A DNA stretch of 64,000 nucleotides from Paragordius varius (taxonomy: Eukaryota; Animalia; Nematomorpha), in assembly GCA_964247055.1 (NCBI GenBank), contig OZ176050.1:13950001-14014000 (forward strand). The letters run 5' to 3'. Numbering within the stretch: the stretch's first letter is position 1; every line of letters starts with the position of its first letter. The notes under the pieces are model-generated. The model was not told where the DNA came from. It saw nothing but the letters and a program-made list of their open reading frames with translations, and searched no databases. The position numbers and the translations under genes are program-made. Shown here piece by piece: positions 28,601 to 40,209 of the stretch.

Positions 28601-29335
28601 ATTGGATGAAAAATAAAAAAATTAATTTTGGTAAACAGTGTAAAAATATAGTCCTTAATTTTCCTTTTGTTTTTAAATATTTTAGTTTTAAATAAAATAA
28701 TTGAACCTGGCTATCGTCTGATGCAACCGATCTTGATAATCAATGAAACTCAAATAAGCAGCCTGTTTAATTTATTTATAAATTAAATATATTAACCTCA
28801 TCTTTAAATTCAAAATTCCGTAATATTGCAGCAACCATATATGGACGAATGACACTGGGCTAAAAATTAATAAAAAATAATACATTTTTGGTTATATAAA
28901 GTTTCTCCGTTTTATTGTTTGATGGCTGTGTAACTCTAATTTTTGGAGCTGTTTTCCTTTATAGATATAATTTAAGAAATCATACTTTTGTAAAAATATA
29001 AGAAGCGAATAGACCAATCCCTCCAAACATAACAAATCATACCTTTAAATAAAAATTAGATCAAACCGATTCGCTGGAGTTTCAATCTTGTAAACAACTT
29101 CGTCTTTTTTTATTTTAAGATGGGTAGTGTCCACACCCTTTTCTTTCATCTCGATTTCTTTGGTCGATGTCTATTTAAGATATTAATATAATAAACTATT
29201 TCATCCAATTCCAATCCAAAATCAAACAATAATTCGGTAAATTCTTCATCAGCTAAAAATTTTAAATGTTATAAAACTATATTCCTGCCCCAAATAGTGG
29301 AAAAGTTTAGATCGATTCACTGATACTACAGGCAT
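16504..29335 (-). CDS. FARSB: Phenylalanyl-tRNA synthetase beta subunit, 21 exons
   Basis: ATG at 29335 ([12 protein letters not shown]). First six introns are 25, 26, 24, 29, 24 and 34 nt. Later exons: 26390-26240 (IGTHDYD), 25617-25509 (LSFPPIVN), 24114-24044, 23650-23589, 23312-23258, 22160-22099, 21546-21416, 20891-20791 ([11 protein letters not shown]), 20009-19929, 19524-19432 (NPKTQDFE), 19102-18985 (PLKLFEISD), 18539-18338, 17738-17428, 16694-16504 (YFEGRCA...GILHPEV...LEIDL*). All junctions checked keep frame. Confidence 0.95.
19568..19851. mobile_element. Family-D MITE, full length, in a FARSB intron
   Basis: TA|CAGTAAAATTTAAATTATACGGACAAAACG...CGTTTTGTCCGTATAATTTCAATTTTTACTG|TA. 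Confidence 0.85.
22386..22672. mobile_element. Family-A MITE in a FARSB intron, adjacent to a (TA)n run
   Basis: TA|CCATTTACAGTTCAAATTCACCCTTGAACAATTC, identical to the terminus of the 45011 element; inverted degenerate array at the right end. Confidence 0.85.
22914..23166. mobile_element. Family-A MITE, degenerate
   Basis: TA|CCATTTA...CAAATTCACCC at the left and GAGTGAATTCGAAATGTAAATAG|TA at the right. Confidence 0.7.
23696..23997. mobile_element. Family-A MITE
   Basis: TA|CCATTTACAATTCAAATTC...GGGTGAATTTGAATTGTAAATGG, with three 21-mers per end. Confidence 0.85.
24313..24581. mobile_element. Family-D MITE
   Basis: TA|CAGTAAGAATTGAATTTATACGGAC...TTTTTACTG|TA. Confidence 0.8.
24765..25336 (+). 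mobile_element. Family-E MITE
   Basis: TTAA|CACTTGGATAAAAC...TCAAGGTG|TTAT. Confidence 0.8.
25626..25668. repeat. (TA)n microsatellite between a FARSB splice acceptor and a family-A MITE
   Basis: About 21 TA units read directly from the sequence. Confidence 0.95.
25669..25968. mobile_element. Family-A MITE
   Basis: 21-bp TTCAAATTCACCCTTGAACAA units; ends GAACTGTAAATGG|TATATA. Confidence 0.85.
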
Positions 29336-29409
29336 GTGTATATTGCGACTACCAACTTATGCAATATTGATGTTACCACACTTGAGAAAATACCAATATG
29401 TAAATTTAA

Positions 29410-29876
29410 CCCTTGGGTTCTTCAATTTAAATTGGGGTAGTTGCATACCCTAAGCTTGTTTATAATTAAATATATCAAAAAATACGGAATGGATTAAAAC
29501 GATGGAAAAAGCTTAGACTTATATGAAGTTACTAATCGAAATATAAAAAATATTATATAAATATACTCTATGAAACCCAAAGTAAATTAGGCAACATGAC
29601 AGTACATTATACTGTTTTGTTTTTATCAAAGTTAGCTATTATTTAAATAATAGCTTAAATTTAGCCTTATAATTAAAAGAACACGGTTTGCTAAAATAAA
29701 AATTTGAAGTAGTTTGATTTGGACTTAATATAAAATCTGTTTAGATATTTCGACTTGTTGGTATATTTTTTATAAAATATAGGCATAAATTAAATTAGGA
29801 CCGTTTCTTTCAGTAGTTAATAAAAAATATCAAATTTTTTTTAGTATAATTAGATACCCCAATCCCAGTCAAAGTA
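29410..29876 (+). mobile_element. Family-E MITE, 75 bp upstream of the FARSB start codon
   Basis: TTAA|CCCTT...AAAGTA|TTAA, with internal AAATTGGGGTAGTTG and GGACCGTTTCTTTCAGTAG family motifs. Confidence 0.7.
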
Positions 29877-29984
29877 TTAATGAAAATAAAATGATATAAA
29901 CTATTATTTTATCACCTTTCTAAAATGAGAAGTTAGCTCTCTCAAAATAAATGCCAAAAAAAATTTGTATAATTTTTTTGCATA

Positions 29985-30090
29985 CCATTTCCCAGTCAAA
30001 AAACGTTTTCCCAGTAATTCTAAACGTTTTCAAGGTCATCAAAACATTTTCCCCAATTAAACTTCCCAGTCAATCGAAACATTATCCCAG

Positions 30091-30137
<47 letters not shown>

Positions 30138-31391
30138 TCAATAAAAACTGTTTTTTTTTTGGTAATATATCAAAACAAGATATAAAAATAACTTTTAACC
30201 ATTATCAGCGTAATATTAGGATATTATTTTTATATAAAAATTCAATTAGTGAATGACAGTTTTTCCAATTATTTTCCAGTGCACAATCATTAAAGATTTA
30301 TTCTATAAAAGATATATTTTATGGAATTTGAGTATTTTTGAAAAAATAATTATTAATTTTTTTATTTATCCATGGTAGGCATCAATATTCGGGGCTAACT
30401 TATAAAATCTATAGTTAAGGATGAAATAATAAAATTAATAATAATATTCCATTTTAATATCATTTAACTCTTCAAATTGGTTTAAACATGCCAAGTTTGT
30501 CAACAAAAATATTATCGGAAAAAATCTATACAAATATTTAAAAAAAAAGATGTTTGACTAAAACGGGGTGTCCAACACAATAGGGCTTCGCGGGCTGCAT
30601 TTTCAACTCAGCACGGCGTTCCGCATTCGAGATTACGGACATTCATAAATAATTTATTCTATTTTTGACATATTAAATGCAAACACAATATAACAATTTT
30701 TTCAAGTTGCCAAATAGACTTATTCAGTAAAATTTCGCGAGAAATATTAATTTTACCAAGATTTTATGGGCATATTTTTGCATATGGATTTCCAAATTTT
30801 GCGCGGGCAGCAGAATCTATTAAGGCCGTATGGTGGCCACTCCTCAACTATAAGATAAATATATTATATAAATTAGGGTCAAGTTGCAGATGTTTTTAGA
30901 TTCAATTTGAAGCGCTAAATGACGAATTTGTTATAAAAATGGTATATTTTTATAAATATTATTATTTCATCCGCTATAAGTTTTTTAAGTTAGGCAATGC
31001 GATCCATCAATAAAATAAAATAATTATCAATTATTTTCTTAACAATACTCAAATATAAAATATTTTTAAAGAATAAGTCATTAATGATTGTGCATTGGAA
31101 TATAATTTAAATAACTCTCATTCATTAATTTATTTTTTTATAAAAGAATAATATCCTATTATTACGATGATAATGGTTAAAAGTTATATTCATATTTTGT
31201 TTTGATATTTCTCATCAAAAATAAAACCGTTTTTATTGACTGTGAAAACTTTTTATTGATTGGAAAAATGATTTATTGCCTGAAAAAATGTATCGATTGA
31301 CTGGGAAAACGTTTCGATTGACTGGGAAACGTTTTGATTGATTGAAAATGTTTCGCCTGACTCGGAAAACGTTTTTTTTGCCTTTAAATGG
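29985..31391. mobile_element. Family-C non-autonomous element (TA|CCATTT ends; ~21-bp TCAATCGAAACGTTTTCCCAG arrays) with a nested hAT MITE at ~30564-30845
   Basis: Left array 29991-30092, inverted right array ~31235-31370, ends AAATGG|TTATA. Confidence 0.7.
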
Positions 31392-33479
31392 TTATATTCT
31401 AGATGATGGCATCAAAAAAATAATTTAGAAAAAATTTATATTTTGTCAAAAATTTAATTTTAACAAAATTTTGTTGAGCCGTAACATGCTATTATGACAC
31501 ATGATAGAAACGGTATGAGAAGGCTCTAAGATACATATATGCTAATTTGATTACCTTAAAAATATGATAAAAATAATCCATAGTCATTTATTATAATTGT
31601 TTTTTTAAATACGTTTGAAAGTATGCAAACCTTTTAAGGTGAGAGTAATATTCAGCATCATAGTTTACAGTATCCACCCAAAAATATACTTTGGAATTAT
31701 ATATATGATAGGAAATATATTGGGATTATCATGGTTCTTTTGAGCCCTTATGAGTGATATGATAAGTATAATTTTGCCATAACTCCTCCATATCTGAAAA
31801 CAACAATATTTCCGCAAATTTTGTCAGATAAATATTTGATGCAAGTTAGATGCCTCATTCCAATAATATCACCATATAGAGTATGTATAAGTATACATTG
31901 CTAAAAGTTAATTATTGCCAAATAGCATATACAACAAATATTATTGGTTTATAGTTTTTTTATTTATTAGCCAATAACTTTGCTGCATATGTCATTTGGC
32001 AATAATTAATAACTTTCTAGCAATATATACTGATTTATACTGTATCTTCAAAACAATATTTTAAAAATCATTTTTAGATGCGGGCTCCTAGTCCTAAATT
32101 TTCTTAAATTGGCTAGTTCTCTTAAATAAACGTAGATGCTGAAATTGCTGAAGGAAAAGAATATATGCAGGATTTTCAAAAAAAATTTCCGGAAAAACTC
32201 ACAACTAATTAACCAAAAAAGTTCACATTTACCTTTCAAAAAAAAAATTAATAATATATAAGGATCTTTTGCGATTTGTAATCAAACGTATAATTTTTAA
32301 TTTCCATATCATGGATATATAACCTGAGTACAACACCGCTAAAATGTTTGAAAATTTAAAATAAGGTAAAATAGGATTCATAAAAATCACCTCTTTTTTA
32401 TTGTTCTGTGAATTATTTGTTATAAAATGTTTTTTAAACTAAGTTTTGGACACAAAAATTGGGGTACTATTATTTAAACATATAAAAGAGAATAGTTTAT
32501 CCCTATGTGCCAGAAAAAGTGTTGTAATTCCTACGCGAAACATGTTATCAATAGATGAGGATAATTATATAAAATTATATTAATGTATATATATATATAT
32601 ATATATATATAGAGACACCAGCTTATTATATGTTTATGTTCCCATTTTAGTCTACTATAAAGATATAATTGTTTTCAAAAATAAATTATTTGCATAGTAA
32701 AAGCAAACTTTATGTCAAACCATAATTATCTTTTCATTAAATTGCGTGTGTAATCGTTTGCACACCTTGTCAAAATCTCTTAAATCCAAACTTGTGGTAT
32801 ATATATATAAATACACTGATGATAAAATATTATATATTGTTTACGGTGAAATGCTATTGTAATTTTTGTATTATTATAATTCAGCTATAATTGGATGAAT
32901 TATATAAACAAATTTCAAATAAATTTTTTTCAGCTTATTTGATAAATAATCTCAATATTAATAAATCATCAAGAAAAAATGAATGCAACAATATTTTCAT
33001 GATACTTATATAAGTAATGGAGCGTTGCAAAAGATCATTGTTTAGGAAGCTTAATATGCTAAATAAATTTATCAAAAGCTGCTCCATTCTAAATATCATT
33101 ATATGATAAAAACGTATCTAAAACGGTAAAAAATAAACATTATTAGTAAATGAGGTTGAATCTTTCCTATTAGATAAATAAAAAAGTTGTGATTTTAATT
33201 GTAATTGTGATCAAATCCTAGATGATAACATCACAAGTAATTTTTGAAAAAATGCATAAATAAATATATAGTTTTCAGCAAAATTATAATGCGTATTCCT
33301 TGAAACGGTGTGTAAACATTTTAATATATTTATGAACACTTTTTTATGTTATTAATAAAATATTTGTGCTGTATCTTGATGTACTGATTTGGGTTATAAT
33401 TACCTGCATATCAAACTATGAAATTACGTATCATACTGTAGCCATCGAGATTATTTTTATAACATTTACATGTTTTTAC

Positions 33480-34340
33480 TCGTGAGAGCGATCATGTGGT
33501 ACAACATATCTCGCCATGGAACTCTATAATGGTCTTCTGCTTTTAGCTTATATTCTGCTAGCTTTCTTTTTATTGTGTCCATCCATCTCGTTCACATCCT
33601 TGTTTTCCTTTAACTATATTACTTCTATTTTTACAATATAGTTAGAATCTCTCTTTTTAATGTGCCCACACCAACGTAGCCTATTTTTTGTCATTCTTTC
33701 CACTACTAGTTTAACACCTATGCTCCCACAAATATATCTATAATCAACTTTGTCCTCTCTTGTTACCCCATACATCATTCTAAAGATTTTCATTTCCGCA
33801 ACGTTTAAATGTCTTTCTTCGGATTTTTGACGCCCCACGTCTGTCAATTACACATGATCATATAGCACGCTTGAAATTCTTTTTTATTTAACTGCTCTTA
33901 GTTAAATTAATATCGTCGGTCAACGATCCATCTGAACTTAACATTGCGAACTATTAGCACCTTTCTTTACTTTTCCATGTTGGTGATTCCAAATAAATTC
34001 AGTTTTTGTGTTTCGGACCGTATACAGTATAATACCTCTTGTATACCGTTTGCTACTCAGCCAGTGAATCAATCAAAATGATATCCGCAGTAAAACATAC
34101 CTTTGATTAACAACTGCGGTTATCTCATCCATACATATTATAAACAATAACAATATTTGAGCCTTGGTAGACGGCACGCTTTATTTAAAAGGGCTCTTAT
34201 AATCCTGAGGTTAAATCTTGGAGGTGTGGGATTCGCAGATTGTCTGTAATAACTTTATATAATTTTCTGGCCCATTTTTGCGACACAGACTCCACCAAAT
34301 AGTTTCTTTAAGAATCCGGTCAAACGTTTTCTCTGTGTCA
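33480..34340 (-). mobile_element. Decayed RTE-clade LINE fragment (RT and C-terminal region)
   Basis: Translated pieces IDTEKTFDRILKETIWWSL and LNVAEMKIFRMMYGVTREDKV...RLRWCGHIKKRD. Confidence 0.8.
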
Positions 34341-36095
34341 ATTTAAACCCCGTGTAATTCTTTCTTTTTTTTAATGAGTTATTTAATAAACCTAATCGCA
34401 TGTATAGGGTCTAATGTTGACTTTTCTGGCATGGAACCGAATTGATTTATTTCATCAAAATAATTTCGTAAAATATAACTTTGGCAAATTTTAGATTCGA
34501 AGACAAAAACCTATTTTACATTGATGGCTTATGATGACTAAATTACCACGTTAGATTTGCAACTCAAGTGCGACTTTTGTATCATCCCACCACCCGTTTT
34601 AGAGTTATCGTTATTTAGAGATCTGAAGGTGTAAAATCTATTAAAAATATAAGCTTATCTAATACGGGAAAACTATGTTTCATAATTAATTTTTAAAACA
34701 ACTTTTGAACAGGACTTTGGGTGGGGTGAAAATTTTTTTGACTTGACTCGCAAGTTTTTCAAGTCATGGCTTGCTTTCATATGATAAAAAAATTTAACAT
34801 AAGACGACTTAAGTCATGCAAGAAAACTTGATTCGGAGGTGATAAAAAATCATATGATCAGGTAATTCTTAAAAATTTTGCAAGTGTGGTGTAGAGCACA
34901 CTTGACAGATTTAAAAATATGGATAAAATTATTTTGGAAACTATTTATGTATAAATAGGTTTTATAAGTAATTCGAACCTTTGTTAATTCTATGAAATGT
35001 TAATTTGATAAATTTTGACTAATTAACCTATTCATTTGGTGGATACAAAAGAGGATAAATTTAAAGAAAAACTCTGCTAATATTTAAGAGCATGGCATAT
35101 AAAAATATGCTAAATATTCGTGAACGAAAAATAATTTGATTCTCGAAAATTTCTTAAACTTAATATTAAATATTAATCTTGTAAAATTTCTAATCTTCGT
35201 TTTTTAAACGCTAGAGGTTACTTAACTATTAACTAATCTAAAGAATTTATTCCATCATTAATTTCGAATGTAATGTTGATAATCAGTGAAAAATAATAAT
35301 ATGTTAATTGTATAAACATCTTCCCATCATATTTGCAACTGGACTCCAAACAAAACAAGTAGTGTGGTAAAATAATGGAAAATGTTTTAAGGGCGAATGG
35401 TTTCATCAATCCAATTACCAACAATATTTAAAAAACTCTATAATATTAAATAATATACGGGCCAGTGAGTTTAAAAAACTTCAATAAATGCTTATTGTAT
35501 TAATTGTTTATTTTTTGTGCATTATTTCATAAATTTTGGCTGAATGATCAAAATAATTTCCGTAAAATTCTAATTTGGTGGCAAAAAGTTACATTCATAA
35601 GCAAAAGACTTGGCTTAAGTATTTTTTATCACCAATCTTCAAGTGTACACTTGCTGGCTTTAGTAAACTTTCAACTTGCCACGTTTGGCTTACACAAGTG
35701 CGACTTTTTTATCACCCCGCCTTTTATTTACAATTTTTTTTGGTTAGAAATAAAATTACCCTAAAATATCTTCCACAAAAAAATAAAATATTATAACAAT
35801 GTAAATAATTAACTATTTTTAGCAAATTTTAAAACTTGTATTAGCAATTTTTCTTTCACCCTAATTTTAAAGCTATCCCAATTTTAAGCTATATAAATAA
35901 TGTAATAATAATTTGTTTTGATCCATAAACCAAAGTAATTCTTTTAAACATTATATTAATATAAGTTTAATCCTGGAAACTACCAGAAATAAATCGTTTA
36001 CGAAATAAAATACTAAAAATGCTGGCCTTATTCGTATTTACAAACATTCGTATGAGTCATATGTTGTTACTTCACCTATCTACGATTCTATAGGC

Positions 36096-38745
36096 ATGTT
36101 AAAATATTTATCCCGCGACGAAAAAAAGAAAAAGAATATTGATGTGATTGAAAGTGTAACTGATAGCTTAAAACGCTTATATAAACAAAAAATTTTACCA
36201 CTCGAACGTGAATACAAGTTTCATGAATTCCATTCGCCGGCACTTGAGGATGCAGATTTTGATGCAAAACCCATGGTTTTACTCGTTGGCCAATATTCGA
36301 CAGGGAAAACGACATTTATAAAATATATCCTGGAGCAAGATTTTCCAGGAATACGTATTGGACCCGAACCAACTACTGATTCTTTTATTGCTATCATGTG
36401 GGGCGAAACGGACACCATTATTCCCGGGAATGCTTTAGTTGTTGACCCTAAACGACAATTTCGACCGTTAAGTCGGTTTGGAAATGCCTTTCTAAACCGT
36501 TTCCAATGCTCCCTAGTTAACAATAGTGTGTTAAAACATCTAACGATAGTCGATACACCTGGTATTCTTTCCGGCGAAAAACAACGCGTAGATCGTGGTT
36601 ACGATTTCACCGGAATTCTTGAATGGTTCGCTGAAAGGTGTGATCGAATAATTCTACTGTTTGATGCTCACAAACTAGACATCTCGGACGAATTTAAACG
36701 TGGCATTGAATCTATCCGAGCCTATGATGAAAAGGTATAAAGATATTTTTTATAAAAAATGTTAAGGCATTTTGAAACCGTTTTTAATTTGGGATCTGTT
36801 TTAATGCTTCCGTAGGGCTGCGGTTTACATAATTTATTTAGCTAAAAAATAATTCCCACTGTTTCCTATAAACAGTAAAAAAAATGCACCATTTCTTATT
36901 TTTTATATAATGCGATTTTATCTTTAACCTTATTATTTTAAACAATAAAAAGTCCAAATTTATTACATGTTAAATGCAAACATTCTTGGATGTCATTTTT
37001 CCTTGAATTAAAAAATATGATTAAATTTCACGAATATATTTTTACCGCTGATACTATTGTCAATTTGAAACGTTTTTTTAGCTTAAAATATTTTACGATA
37101 AAAAATAATATCCATTTTGATATCCACCTTTTTTCTATCCCTTTAATAGATTCGTATAGTACTAAACAAGGCTGATGGTGTAGATGCTCAACAACTTATG
37201 CGGGTTTACGGTGCTTTGATGTGGAGTTTGGGGAAAGTTTTAAACACACCCGAAGTACCGCGCGTATATATTGGTTCCTTTTGGGAACAACCGCTAATAT
37301 ACGACGTTAATCGCAAATTGTTTGAAGCCGAATCCTATGACCTATTTGCCGACCTACAAAATTTACCCAAAACGGCTGCTGTTAGAAAACTCAATGACCT
37401 TATCAAACGTGCCCGACTTGCTAAAGTTAGTTACATATATATTATATGATGATTTAAATTCCATTTTTCTTCACCATTATAGACATGTTGTAGTAATTAA
37501 AAAATTATTTCTACCCATGAATTTGAAAAAAACAATAATAATTATTGATTTTTAACAAGTACACCTACTTTCATTCCAGTTTATTGTTGAAAAATGCATT
37601 TAACATCACTAAATTTTTTATATAATTTTGTTGAATTTAGTATTTAAATATACCTTCGAATCCTTGTTTAGACATAATTTATATATAAAATATTCAATTT
37701 TTTTATCGAACATTCTTAATATCATTTGTTATTGAATATTTAATCTATTTAGGTACATGCCTACATCATTAGCCATCTCAAGAAAGAAATGCCATCCATG
37801 TTTGGTAAAGAGAAAAAGCAGAAAGAATTGATTGCCAAACTTGATCAAATTTATGCCGAGTTGCAAAAAACATATCAAATTTCACCCGGAGATTTTCCTA
37901 ACCTGGCTCGTATGCAAAAATGTTTGGAATCACAGGATTTCGATAAATTTGAACGCTTAAAACCAAAACTGCTTGAAGGAGTGGATAATATGTTAGCATT
38001 TGACATTGCCAAACTCATGCAAATGGTATCCAATGCCAATGCAAACGCCGAAGCCATGATGGCAGAAAGTGGTAGTTTACGCTCAAATAAGTCCGTAACC
38101 GGTAAGGAAAGACCCTCTTTAAACACTCTGGGAGTTGGTTTAGGCTCCCGAGTAACAGGCGGAATCTTTGGGGGTGATACACCAACCACGAATCCTACAG
38201 TCATGGGTAATGATGTATTAGCAGCCTACAATAAATCAAATAGCTTATCAACGATGGACAATAACATTGATATGGATAGCAGCAATAGTAATGATTATAT
38301 ACGTACAAGTTTTGGTGGAAATAACACATCAATGAACAACGGCCCTTCCGCTCTTTCCGGGTTTGTACCCTCAACCCCTTTTTCCCGTTTCGGTGATAAA
38401 GGGGGTCGAGGCGAAGGCGAAGGTTTTAACCTTGGAGCGGGTGAGCCGGGTTGGATAGTTGATCGTATTCCTGAGCGGTCTGGCTACGATGCTACATTTG
38501 CGGCACTTGGCCCTATCCAAGGTCGGATAACAGGGGTCAAGGCCAAAAATGAGCTCATTCGTTCTAAGCTACCCAATGCCGTTTTGCACAAAGTTTGGAA
38601 TTTGGCGGACGTTGATAAAGATGGGTTTCTCGATGCCGAGGAGTATGCCCTTGCTTGTTATATTATCAAACTAAAACTTGATGGGGCCGATCTGCCTTCC
38701 GCGTTACCATACCATCTCATACCCCCATCCAAACGTGAACTGTGA
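36096..38745 (+). CDS. EHD1: EH-domain-containing protein (EHD/RME-1 dynamin-like ATPase), 3 exons
   Basis: Exons 36096-36734, 37150-37425, 37753-38745. Motifs: P-loop GQYSTGKT, GPEPTTD, DTPGILSG, LNKAD, and a C-terminal EH domain (SKLPNAVLHKVWNLADVDKDGFLDAEEYALA). Confidence 0.97.
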
Positions 38746-40209
38746 TGTGATACTTTTGGTAGGGCTAAAAGCATACTTTTTTTTCTATTAAAAACATATG
38801 CCTATATTACAAACGTTTTAAAATTGTTTAAGTCAAATTTTTTTAAACCGCAAGGTATATGTCTGCAAAATTACATGATTCTATCGTAAATACTATAAAC
38901 TCAATACTTTATATTGCTTTAACCATTTGTAGGGTAAACAGCCTGGTTGATTTTAGTAATAACGGTATTTCTAACACTTGCCATTAATTTAACATATTAT
39001 TAGTTTATGAATCTAACATTATATATATAATATATATTTATATTTTTTAATATAGATTGTCCACCAATTTTGATCCCAAATCTTTTCAAACTGCGTTCTA
39101 ATATGCCATTATTTCAAACATTAATACATAATATTAATAAAGTTTATTTGTGCTCCATCAGCAAAAAATATGCAATACACATCATTACACCAATATATCT
39201 ATTATTACAAACTTAAATAACATATGTGTTCATATGGGGACCCAATATAAAATTAATTTATTTAAGTAATCGTATAATTAATTTTTCTTCGCTTATAAAC
39301 GAATTTGGTACAATATCATATATAACATATATATTTTTGTCCTAATTGCTCCAAATTAATTGTACAAAGAATTAATTTTTAAATTATGGCGTATGCATGT
39401 CCTTAAACTCCTTTTTCATATTTTATTTTTCTAGACGACTTTAAATATATTCTTTATAATCTGCAACAGGTTATTATATATTTATATATAATATAGATAA
39501 AATTCCAAATATAAAATATCATATTTGATAATAAATTTATCATATAATGCTTTATTATTTTACGATTTTAATAGAGACCTTGATTATTATTAAACATGAA
39601 AGGTTATAACTTAAGGCTATTCTCAACATATATCAATAATTTGTATATTACCTTTTTTTGTCATGTTTAATAATTAAAATACCAAGGAATGCGGAATAGT
39701 CTTTAAGTATTTTATTTTAACCATGAACTTTAACGCTTCGTTAATTAATTAATTTTATGTTCTTTAGTTAAAACGATTTTATGAAGATTTTTGAAAAACA
39801 TGGTAAATCAAGTTGTTTCGTAAATGAAGACAATGCAGATATTTTTGCCTACATTTAAAAATGATTATAATAAAATTTAAAAAGATAGTAAAATCACTTA
39901 TTGAAAATGTAACCATTTTTTAAATCTTATATTAGTATCAATCTTTTTGGCAAAATAAGAAATAAAGTTGTAAGTTCTATTTAATTAAAAATTATACAAT
40001 TGTTTGAATTTAGATTAAATTAAAAAATAAATGTTTAAAGAGGGCACTTTAATAAATTTCTAATTTTCTTTATAGTTGATAAAATTAAATGCTCTTTTCA
40101 ATAATTGTAAAACATAAAATAATATTGAGGCCAAGAATCTTTTGACGCATCATCTATCTACAACTCAATGCAAGTTTAAAATTTTTAAAAACCATGTGCG
40201 ATTAATCGC

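Noticed and set aside
31640-31910. Slightly GC-richer stretch with a ~50-codon open frame on the - strand
   Set aside because: No identifiable homology and no consistent exon chain.
36088-38204. Antisense ORFs 36088-36315, 36221-36523 and 37875-38204
   Set aside because: Shadow frames of EHD exons.
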